Part shown: one piece after another, positions 7,746-15,287 of the stretch
Layout: the number at the start of each line of letters is the position of its first letter
How positions within the stretch are numbered: position 1 is the stretch's first letter
Source: Thermofilum pendens Hrk 5
GTDB taxonomy: Archaea > Thermoproteota > Thermoprotei > Thermofilales > Thermofilaceae
Length of the DNA: 32,000 nt
NCBI RefSeq assembly: GCF_000015225.1
Contig: NC_008698.1
Coordinates: 1,749,890-1,781,889 of the forward strand
Direction: 5' to 3'
Position numbers and translations under genes: made by a program
Notes under the pieces: model-generated
What the model was told of the DNA's origin: nothing
What the model saw: the letters and a program-made list of their open reading frames with translations, nothing else
Database searches by the model: none

Positions 7746-8873
7746 TTACTCCAGGATCTTCCTGAGCCTTGCTAGCGAGATCCTCTTCTCCCTCTTCTTT
7801 TCCTTCGACTTCGAGAAAACCTTGTACGCCGAGTCTAGCGCTTCGTACACTGTCTCGACAGCGTCCCACCCAGAGGACCTCGCGCTATAGCTGTCGACGT
7901 CGAGCTTGATGGATACTATCGCGTCGTACCTCCTCCTGTTCCCCGACTTCTCCCTAGACTTTAGCACTACGCTCATTTCGAGTAACCTAGCCCTCCTCGA
8001 GACCTCCGAAGCTATATCCAGGCTCTTCCTGTATATGAGGTTCCTCTGGATGAAGTCCAGCTCGTCCACCCCTTCTACCCTTAGAGGGACCTTTGCTTCC
8101 TCGATCGCGGGCAGAAGCCTCCTCAGTAGCAGGTAGGGCGATATGATCCCGTAGACCTTCCCGGAGGAGTCGACGACGACAGACCCCTCGGCTATGTCTT
8201 CCACCGAGGGGTAGCCGTCTACGTGAACCGTCCTAAAGTTCGCTGTAGCTATTTTCGCGACCGGCTGTTCGAGGAAGTAGGAGGTCTCGCCCTTCACCTC
8301 GCCCAGCCTCTCACGCCTCAGGGGAGTATTGTACACGAAGTTCACTAGATCGTAGACTCTGACCACCCCCACGGCCTTCCCGTCCTCGGCTACCGGTACG
8401 AGCCTCAAGCCCAGGTCCACGATGAGCTTCCTAGCCTTCTCCAAGGGATCGCTGGGGGCCAGTGGGTCGAGCCTGTAGGCAATATGCCTCGCGGTAACCC
8501 TCGAAGAGAGACCCATACCTGCGAGCAACCTTCTCGCCGAGACTATCCCCACGACCCTTCCACCCTCCACTACTGCTAGCCCGGGTTGCCCCGTCTTGAC
8601 GAGCATCCTCGCTACCTCTGTCAAGGGGAGGGACGGCTCCACCACGGGCGCCTTTTCGAGGACACTCCCAAGCTTCGTGCCCGCTTGGTACCTTGTCCTC
8701 AAAAGCGAAAAGATAGACACTATCCCCGCGTACCTCCCCTCCCCGTCGACCACGGGCACTGCGGGGAGCTCAAACCTCCACATGCGTTCAGCGGCAACAG
8801 AAACGGTGTCGTTTAAGCCTAGGGGGTCTATCTTCGTGAAAACCCCCTGGGAAGGGGGCCCAGTAAAGCTCAT
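7746..8873 (-). CDS. Four-CBS-domain (two Bateman modules) protein with C-terminal HPF/RaiA-like domain
   Basis: Four CBS-like repeats (for example PAVPVVDGEGRYAGIVSIFSLL, GLAVVEGGRVVGIVSARRLL, RLVPVAEDGKAVGVVRVYDLV, SVVVDSSGKVYGIISPYLLL). Residues 262-375 follow the beta-alpha-beta-beta-beta-alpha pattern of HPF. Confidence 0.85.
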   Translation of the reverse strand: MSFTGPPSQGVFTKIDPLGLNDTVSVAAERMWRFELPAVPVVDGEGRYAGIVSIFSLLRTRYQAGTKLGSVLEKAPVVEPSLPLTEVARMLVKTGQPGLAVVEGGRVVGIVSARRLLAGMGLSSRVTARHIAYRLDPLAPSDPLEKARKLIVDLGLRLVPVAEDGKAVGVVRVYDLVNFVYNTPLRRERLGEVKGETSYFLEQPVAKIATANFRTVHVDGYPSVEDIAEGSVVVDSSGKVYGIISPYLLLRRLLPAIEEAKVPLRVEGVDELDFIQRNLIYRKSLDIASEVSRRARLLEMSVVLKSREKSGNRRRYDAIVSIKLDVDSYSARSSGWDAVETVYEALDSAYKVFSKSKEKKREKRISLARLRKILE

Positions 8874-8897
8874 AGCATGTTAGGATTTGCAGGAGAG

Positions 8898-8906
8898 ATA
8901 TAAAAA
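8898..8906 (-). promoter_or_regulatory. TATA-like box for the CBS/HPF-like gene
   Basis: Minus strand reads GGTTTTTATATC, centred about 29 nt upstream of the ATG at 8873. Confidence 0.5.
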
Positions 8907-9003
8907 CCTGAGCATGCAGTGCGTGAGTATTGTGCACGGCACTTACCTTGGTCTTTGTGCGCGAGCGTCGTGGCGCGGAATAATTTTCTGTACACAATAA
9001 GGG

Positions 9004-9014
9004 TTTTTTATTAA
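9004..9014 (+). promoter_or_regulatory. TATA-like box for the ferredoxin-AOR operon
   Basis: GGTTTTTTATTAAG centred about 24 nt upstream of the GTG at 9033 (leaderless arrangement). Confidence 0.5.
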
Positions 9015-9032
9015 GTGAACTGTTGGTAAGGT

Positions 9033-9428
9033 GTGCCTAGGCTGGTAATAGTAGACGTGGATAAGTGCGTGGGATGCATGTCCTGCATGTTCGCATGCTC
9101 GAGGAGGTTTGGCGAGGGTGGGCTCGCGAAGTCCGCGATACACGTTTCGAGCATAGGGGGCGTGGAGAGAGGGTTTAAGGTCGTCGTGTGCAGGGCTTGT
9201 GAGAACCCTCCCTGCGCGGCTGTATGCCCTACGAACGCCCTGGTTAGGAGGGAGGGAGGGGGAGTCGTGTTAAACCCGAGTAAGTGCGTGGGATGCGGTA
9301 ACTGCGCGAGGGCTTGCCCCATAGGGGCCGTGCAGTGGGACTACGAGAGCATGAAGCCCATAATATGCGTTCACTGTGGCTACTGCGTCAACTACTGCCC
9401 GTACGGCGTTTTATCCCTTTCGAGGTGA
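9033..9428 (+). CDS. Polyferredoxin with four 4Fe-4S cluster motifs (16 Cys), likely electron-transfer partner of the downstream AOR
   Basis: CVGCMSCMFAC, CRACENPPCAAVCP, CVGCGNCARACP, CVHCGYCVNYCP. Stop lies 6 nt before the AOR ATG. Confidence 0.9.
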   Translation: MPRLVIVDVDKCVGCMSCMFACSRRFGEGGLAKSAIHVSSIGGVERGFKVVVCRACENPPCAAVCPTNALVRREGGGVVLNPSKCVGCGNCARACPIGAVQWDYESMKPIICVHCGYCVNYCPYGVLSLSR

Positions 9429-9434
9429 GGCGGG

Positions 9435-11222
9435 ATGTCGGAGCCTATACCTAGGAAGGTGCTCTACATAGACCTTTCCTCGAAGAGATACTGGGTGGAG
9501 GACAGGCTGGACCTCTTCGAAGAGTACCTAGGCGGGACCGGCGTCGCCACGAAGCTCCTCGAGGAGGAGCTCCCCAGGAACGTTGACCCGTTGGGGCCGG
9601 AGAACGTCATCGTGTTCGCGGTGGGGCCTTTCAACGCGCTGTACCCGACGGCCTCAAAAACAGTTGCGATGTTTAAGAGCCCGCACACGGGTAACCTCGG
9701 CGAGAGCCACGCGGGCGGTAGGAGCGCGGTGGCGATAAGGCTCGCTGGGTACGGCGCCATAGTGATCAAAGGGGCGAGCGACCTGCCCGTGTGGGTGTCG
9801 GTTCACGGGGACAAGGTGTACTTCAGGGATGCGAGAGCCATATGGGGCATGACTAGTAGCCACACGGTTGGGCGGATTCTGCGCGAGGTAGAGCCCGGGT
9901 CCGGAGTAAGGACGATAATGCGCATAGGTAGAGCCGGGGAAAGGATGATCAGCTACGCGAACGTGATCACGGAGACTTACAGGCACTTCGGCAGGCTGGG
10001 GCTGGGCGCCGTCTTCGGAAGCAAAAAGCTGAAAGCACTAGTTGTGAGCGGGAAAGGCTCCGTAAGGGTGGTGGACAGAAAGGCCTACAGGGAAGTCTAC
10101 GACAAGATCTTCAAGCTGATAGTAGACAGTCCCCTCATGAAGAAGTACCACGAGATAGGGACACCTATAAACGTTAGGGTTCTGAACGCCCTCGGAGCTC
10201 TACCCTCCCTGAACCTCCAGAAGGCGAGCATAGACTCGGCTGACGCGATCTCCGGAGAGTACATCGCGACGAACTACCTTGGGAGGAGGGTCTCGTGCGC
10301 ACACTGCCCGGTTGCGTGCATACACTTAGCCGTGGTGAGGGAGCCGTACGAGGAGGAGCCGTACTTCTACAAGACCACGTTCATCGGGTACGACTACGAG
10401 CCGATATACGCGCTCGGCTCGATGCTCGGCGCCGGCGAAGCCAGAGACGTGTTGAGGCTTATAGACCTCGTGGACTCATACGGCCTAGACGCTATGACCA
10501 CGGGAGTCGTGCTCGCATGGGCCACTGAGGCGCTCAGCAGGGGGATAATCAGCGAGAAAGACCTCGCTGGGGTGAAGCTACGATGGGGCGACTACAACGC
10601 GTACATGAAGGCCGTTCAGTACATCGTCGAGCAACCGACCGAGCTGTACAGGGACCTCGCTAGGGGTGCCTTGTACGCGGCCAGGAAGTGGGGTGGAGAA
10701 GACTTCGCCCTCTCCTTCGGCGGAAACGAGATGGCCGGGTACCACACGGGCCCCGCCGCGTACGCTAACTTCGCGTTCGGGGCTAGGCACAGCCACCTCG
10801 ACAGCGCGGGCTACGACCTGGACCAGGAGACTATAGGGAGGACCCCGGAGCCCGGCGAGCTCGTTAGGAGGCTCTACGAGGAGGAGTCCTGGCGCCAAGT
10901 CCTGACGAGCTTAGTCGTCTGCCTATTCGCCAGGAAGGTGTACAAACCCGAAGTGGTCTCCGAGGCGTTGAAGCCTCTGGGGATAGAGATGAGCGTAGAC
11001 GACCTTTACAGCCTGGGCAGAAAGATCTACAGGGAGAAGTACAGGCTGAAGCTCAGGGAGGGCTTCAGGCCAGAGGACGTCTCCTTCCCGAGGAGGATCT
11101 TCGAGACGCCGACCCCCCACGGGCTCCTAAGTCCGGAGTACATGGAGAAAGTCAAGCTCGAATACGTGCGCCTAATCAGGGAGGTAACCGGGGAAGGCGC
11201 GTCAGGGCACCACGACGGGTAG
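9435..11222 (+). CDS. aor: Tungsten-type aldehyde:ferredoxin oxidoreductase family enzyme
   Basis: AOR N-terminal pattern (YLGGTGVATKLL). Cluster cysteines CAHCPVAC plus the distal VVCLFAR. Length of 595 aa is typical. GAGGTGAGG Shine-Dalgarno-like site at 9422-9430. Confidence 0.9.
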   Translation: MSEPIPRKVLYIDLSSKRYWVEDRLDLFEEYLGGTGVATKLLEEELPRNVDPLGPENVIVFAVGPFNALYPTASKTVAMFKSPHTGNLGESHAGGRSAVAIRLAGYGAIVIKGASDLPVWVSVHGDKVYFRDARAIWGMTSSHTVGRILREVEPGSGVRTIMRIGRAGERMISYANVITETYRHFGRLGLGAVFGSKKLKALVVSGKGSVRVVDRKAYREVYDKIFKLIVDSPLMKKYHEIGTPINVRVLNALGALPSLNLQKASIDSADAISGEYIATNYLGRRVSCAHCPVACIHLAVVREPYEEEPYFYKTTFIGYDYEPIYALGSMLGAGEARDVLRLIDLVDSYGLDAMTTGVVLAWATEALSRGIISEKDLAGVKLRWGDYNAYMKAVQYIVEQPTELYRDLARGALYAARKWGGEDFALSFGGNEMAGYHTGPAAYANFAFGARHSHLDSAGYDLDQETIGRTPEPGELVRRLYEEESWRQVLTSLVVCLFARKVYKPEVVSEALKPLGIEMSVDDLYSLGRKIYREKYRLKLREGFRPEDVSFPRRIFETPTPHGLLSPEYMEKVKLEYVRLIREVTGEGASGHHDG

Positions 11223-11906
11223 ATCCGGGTCGTCGAGAACTATTTCTGACTGGGACGGGTCGTAGTGGAGGGCGACAGCTCTCAGCACGACTCCCTTTTT
11301 CTTAGCCTCTCCGAGCAGGACCGCTACCTCGGGGTCCCCCTCCCCGTACGGCTTGAACGCCTTTACGCCCGGCAACGCCGCGACGAAAATTATCATAGCC
11401 TTGCCGCCGCCCTCCGCCAGTCTTATCAGCTCGGAGATCTGCCTCCTCCCTCTCAGAGTCGGGCAGTCGGGGTACATCGCGTAGGAATCCTCCCTCAGCA
11501 CCGCGCTCTTAACCTCGACGAAGACCTCCTCTCCGTTGCACACCAGCAGGTAGTCTAGCCTGGACGAGCCAAGCCGCGGAGCCCTAGCCTTCACGCTGCA
11601 CCCGCTCCACGGCTCGATACCCTGCTCGAAGAGACTTTCAAGGGCGTTCATCTGCAGGGCGGTGTCTATCAGGGCGGCTGACCCGGCGTCCTCGACCGCG
11701 AATAGCCTGTAAGCCGTCTTGGAGCGCTCCCTTCTGAGGCAGAAAGCCCTGCGCCCAGGGACCAGGAACTCTAGAAGCCTCCCGGTGTTGTTTATGTGGG
11801 CGCGGTAGGCCCGGCCCTCCACCTCTACGAGCACGACGAACCTGTTCTCCCTTCTGATCACCCTGCACTCGGAGGGTTCGGGGAGTCTTACGAGCCTCCA
11901 GGTCAT
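11202..11906 (-). CDS. sfsA: SfsA-family protein (sugar fermentation stimulation protein homologue, predicted nuclease fold)
   Basis: N-terminal RENRFVVLVEV...AHINNTGRL signature. Length 234 aa. ATGA overlap with the upstream gene. Confidence 0.85.
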   Translation of the reverse strand: MTWRLVRLPEPSECRVIRRENRFVVLVEVEGRAYRAHINNTGRLLEFLVPGRRAFCLRRERSKTAYRLFAVEDAGSAALIDTALQMNALESLFEQGIEPWSGCSVKARAPRLGSSRLDYLLVCNGEEVFVEVKSAVLREDSYAMYPDCPTLRGRRQISELIRLAEGGGKAMIIFVAALPGVKAFKPYGEGDPEVAVLLGEAKKKGVVLRAVALHYDPSQSEIVLDDPDLPVVVP

Positions 11907-12865
11907 CCCTCTTCGAGACCCCTGCTCGCCTCGACGAGTACCCTCAGCTTTTTCAAGACTATTTCCTCGTACTCTCTGCCCTGAAGGTACCCCTTCATCC
12001 CGCCGAACCCGCAGTCCGGCTTTATGAATGCAAGGCTCTCGCCGTACCTCTCGAGGGCGTCCCTCGCCAGCGCTACCACGTCCTCTAGGCGCTCCACCGA
12101 GGTATTCCTCGAGGATACAACGCCGTATCCGAGAACCTTCCCGGACTCCCTCAGCTCCGACGCCTGGTAGTACGCCCTGTTCTCGGGGATATCGCTGTGC
12201 TCGTGGTCGAGGAAGTTCGCATTGGACAGTTGCAGCAGTACAGTCTTGAGGAGGGGCGGGAGGCGGCTACAGACGTGTACACCCCTCATGGGGCTCCTGA
12301 ACCTCGCCAGGACGGAGTCCAGTGCGCGCGTTATCTCCTCCGCGGTGTAGCCGAACATCACGCTCTTAGACCCCACAATCACCGAGAGTACAGGCTCGTC
12401 GACGCAGACAATGAACGGGTTGAGAGTGCTGGCAACCTCCCTCGCGGTCTCCACGACATACTCGAGCACTGCTTGGAAGCCCTCCCTGTCTGCCAGCAAC
12501 GAGGTCCTGATGTCCCCTATACGCCCTCCCTCGGGGGTTATGCGTGACGCCACAGTGAAGGGTCCCGTGAACGCCAGCCTATACCTCGCGCCTAGGTCTT
12601 CCGCGACGTCCGCCGCGTAGGACATGTCCTCGGGGGTCTCGGGCTCAACCGAGGATACATCGCCCCGAAGCCTGTAGCCAAGCCCCTCCCTAACGACGAC
12701 GCCCTTCTTGACGAGCGGCTCTATGAACATGTAGACGAAGTCTCTGAGTTGCGGTAGAACGGGGTAAGTTATACCTATATCGACCTGGTCCTTCAGGGCC
12801 CTTGCGATGTTCTCGCGCGAGTAGTCGAGTGGGAAGCTCCCAACGAGGGTCGTCGCGACCTTCAA
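11903..12865 (-). CDS. Short cobalamin-independent methionine synthase-like (MetE catalytic-domain family) methyltransferase
   Basis: LVGSFP N-terminus. Zn-ligand-like HVCS and KPDCGFGG motifs. TTG start preceded by GAGAGGTGA. Confidence 0.7.
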   Translation of the reverse strand: MKVATTLVGSFPLDYSRENIARALKDQVDIGITYPVLPQLRDFVYMFIEPLVKKGVVVREGLGYRLRGDVSSVEPETPEDMSYAADVAEDLGARYRLAFTGPFTVASRITPEGGRIGDIRTSLLADREGFQAVLEYVVETAREVASTLNPFIVCVDEPVLSVIVGSKSVMFGYTAEEITRALDSVLARFRSPMRGVHVCSRLPPLLKTVLLQLSNANFLDHEHSDIPENRAYYQASELRESGKVLGYGVVSSRNTSVERLEDVVALARDALERYGESLAFIKPDCGFGGMKGYLQGREYEEIVLKKLRVLVEASRGLEEG

Positions 12866-12871
12866 GGGCGC

Positions 12872-13690
12872 TCACCTCTCGACCCTCAACTCTACACGCG
12901 ACGGTGAGCTACCCACGCCTTTAAGGCTTCCTACAAGCGCGAACACCACGTTCCTGAAGACGTCCTGCACGAACGGGTTAAGCTCTACGGGCTTCCCGTC
13001 GACCAGCAACTTCACCTTAGAGCTGAGCACTGTGCACTCGCCGTGCCCCGCCTCGCCTCGGGCAACGGCCTCCGCGAGGGCCACGCAACTCCCGTAGCGA
13101 CAAAAGCCGCAGTTTAGCCCCGGTAGAGGCTCGAACGCCTTTTCAAGCAGGAAGTCTACGAGCCGTTCACCCTCACTCTCCAGGTCGAAGACGGGTACCG
13201 GGAGCCCGGAGTGATCCTCCTTCGCCACTCGCCCCGTGATCGCCACAGTCAGGGGCGTCAGGAGCTCCCTAGCTTCCTCCACGTTCCTCGCAACGGCGAG
13301 CCTCACGCCCGGGAACTCCGACTTGAAGCCTTCGAACACGGCGAAGTCGAACCCCCTCAGCTGCGAGATCACCTCCCAGAGGCTAGCCCTCGACCTCCTA
13401 TACTCCTCCACCACGTCGTCCGAGACGGCTATCACCCTGTCAGCACCGGCGCCGAACAACCTTCCCGAGTCCTCGTCGTTAACGCTTATCCCCCCGTGGG
13501 CGTGCTTCACCGCGGCTACGCGTAGCCCCCTCCTCTTCAACTCGCCCACGATGTAGCTAGCGACGGTCGTCTTCCCAGAACCCTTGAATCCTATGACCGC
13601 GACTGCCCGCACACGAACCTCACTATCCCACCGCCATATAAACGTCGCGCACAATATGCCCAGCATACATATAAGGTTGCACAAGCCCAA
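12872..13690 (-). CDS. mobB: MobB-like P-loop protein fused to a putative Fe-S (CGFCxxGxC) domain; true start probably GTG at 13612
   Basis: AVAVIGFKGSGKTT P-loop at the revised N-terminus. C-terminal LNCGFCRYGSCVALAEAVARGEAGHGEC. TATA-like box 27 nt upstream of 13612. Confidence 0.8.
   Translation of the reverse strand: MGLCNLICMLGILCATFIWRWDSEVRVRAVAVIGFKGSGKTTVASYIVGELKRRGLRVAAVKHAHGGISVNDEDSGRLFGAGADRVIAVSDDVVEEYRRSRASLWEVISQLRGFDFAVFEGFKSEFPGVRLAVARNVEEARELLTPLTVAITGRVAKEDHSGLPVPVFDLESEGERLVDFLLEKAFEPLPGLNCGFCRYGSCVALAEAVARGEAGHGECTVLSSKVKLLVDGKPVELNPFVQDVFRNVVFALVGSLKGVGSSPSRVELRVER
13635..13643 (-). promoter_or_regulatory. TATA-like box for mobB
   Basis: Minus strand reads GTTTATATGG, centred 27 nt upstream of the GTG at 13612. 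It lies inside the track's longer ORF. Confidence 0.5.
13668..13676 (+). promoter_or_regulatory. TATA-like box for the SDR-moeB operon
   Basis: CATATAAGG centred 27 nt upstream of the ATG at 13699. Confidence 0.5.
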
Positions 13691-13698
13691 AAAGGGCG

Positions 13699-14493
13699 AT
13701 GGCGCTGAAGATAGACCTCTCCGGGAAGCTGTCGCTAACGACCGCTTCTTCTAGGGGCATAGGCTTTGGGGTGGCGAGGGTGCTCGCCCGCTGCGGTAGC
13801 GACGTCATACTGGTTTCGAGGAGCGCGGAGGGGCTTGAGAAGGCTAGAAGCGCGATCCTGAGTGAAAGCCCGGTCGACGTGTTCACTGTTCAGGCGGACT
13901 TGACGCGCAGGGAAGACCTGGAGAGGATGGTTAAAGAGGTGCTCGGCATAGGTGTTCCGGACGTGTTCTTCTACTCGACTGGGGGTCCTAGGCCTGGATC
14001 CTTCCTGGAGCTCTCCATGGACGACTGGGACTCCGCCTACAGGCTCCTCGTCTACCCGGCGGTATACATAACTAGGAGCATTCTGCCCGGGATGGTGGAG
14101 AAGAGGTGGGGGCGCCTAATCTACTTGTCCAGCCTGGCGATAAAGGAGCCGATGCCGAACCTGGCGCTGAGTAACGTTATGCGCATAGCTATTGCGGGGC
14201 TCGTGAGAACCCTTGCGCGAGAGGTGGGCAGGTATGGGATTACGGTGAACGGCATAATGCCTGGTACGATTAAGACCTCTAGGGTCGAGGAGCTTGCCGC
14301 AGATATTGCCCGCAGGCAGGGTGTATCCCTCGACGAGGCGTACAGGCAGCTCGCTAGAGACATACCTGCCGGAAGGCTCGGCTACCCCGAGGAGATCGGC
14401 TACCTAGTGGCGTTCCTGGCCAGCGACTACGCGTCGTACATCAACGGAGCAATGATACCGGTAGACGGTGGCAGGCAGGTCTCCGTCTTCTAG
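13699..14493 (+). CDS. Short-chain dehydrogenase/reductase-fold protein with a non-canonical active-site region
   Basis: TTASSRGIGFG dinucleotide-binding motif, ITVNGIMPG, and C-terminal INGAMIPVDGG. The expected YxxxK position reads SNVMR. Confidence 0.85.
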   Translation: MALKIDLSGKLSLTTASSRGIGFGVARVLARCGSDVILVSRSAEGLEKARSAILSESPVDVFTVQADLTRREDLERMVKEVLGIGVPDVFFYSTGGPRPGSFLELSMDDWDSAYRLLVYPAVYITRSILPGMVEKRWGRLIYLSSLAIKEPMPNLALSNVMRIAIAGLVRTLAREVGRYGITVNGIMPGTIKTSRVEELAADIARRQGVSLDEAYRQLARDIPAGRLGYPEEIGYLVAFLASDYASYINGAMIPVDGGRQVSVF

Positions 14494-14507
14494 CCTGTAC
14501 CCGGCGG

Positions 14508-15287
14508 GTGGTGCCGTTGAAGGATCTCTCCCCGGAGGAGCTCGAAAGGTACGACAGGCAGATCAGGGTTTGGGGCGTCGAGGCGCAGAAGAAGCTCAAG
14601 TCCTCGACCGTCCTGGTGGTGGGAGCAGGTGGGCTGGGGTCGCCCGTAGCGTTCTACCTGGTAGCCGCCGGGGTTGGAAAGCTCATAATCGTTGACGCAG
14701 AAGACGTTGAGCTGAGCAACCTGAACAGGCAAATACTCCACTGGACGAGTGACCTTGGAAAGGCAAAGGTTGAAAGCGCGAAGGAAAAGCTCGAAAAGCT
14801 AAACCCACACGTAGAGGTAGTAACACTTAAGCAGAAAATTAGGAGCCTCGAGGACGCCTTAAAACTCGTGGAGGATGCCGACGTCGTAGTAGACTGCCTC
14901 GACAACTGGTCCACGAGGTTCCTGCTTAACGAGGCCTGCGTGAAGCTCGGAAAGCCGCTCGTGCACGGAGCCGTAAGGGGGCTCTATGGGCAGTTAACGG
15001 TTGTAAAGCCCTTCGAAGGGCCCTGCCTGAGGTGTATCCTCCCCCGGGAACCGCCCGAGGAGAGACCCTTCCCGGTGGCAGGCCCGACCCCCGGCGTTAT
15101 AGGGTCGCTTGAAGCGCTGGAGGTCATCAAGATACTAACCGGCTACGGGGAGCCCATGGTGGGGCGGCTCCTGTTCTACGACGGGGTGAGAAACACCTTC
15201 GACGTCGTGAAAGTAGAGAGAAGGCCCGATTGCCCGGTGTGCGGTGTAAGCGTTCGCAAAGTAGCAAGTGGTGGGAAAACTAGCTGA
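14508..15287 (+). CDS. MoeB/ThiF/UbaA-type E1-like adenylyltransferase
   Basis: RYDRQI, VVGAGGLGSP, NLNRQ. Zn motifs CLRC and CPVC. Confidence 0.85.
   Translation: MVPLKDLSPEELERYDRQIRVWGVEAQKKLKSSTVLVVGAGGLGSPVAFYLVAAGVGKLIIVDAEDVELSNLNRQILHWTSDLGKAKVESAKEKLEKLNPHVEVVTLKQKIRSLEDALKLVEDADVVVDCLDNWSTRFLLNEACVKLGKPLVHGAVRGLYGQLTVVKPFEGPCLRCILPREPPEERPFPVAGPTPGVIGSLEALEVIKILTGYGEPMVGRLLFYDGVRNTFDVVKVERRPDCPVCGVSVRKVASGGKTS

Noticed and set aside
8931-8995. Three TGT(G/A)C(A/G)C heptamers (8931, 8956, 8989) in the divergent promoter region between the CBS/HPF-like gene and the ferredoxin-AOR operon.
   Set aside because: The motif is short and degenerate, the spacing is irregular (25 and 33 bp), and TGTGC is common in this GC-rich sequence. 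This is not enough to call an operator without genome-wide enrichment data.
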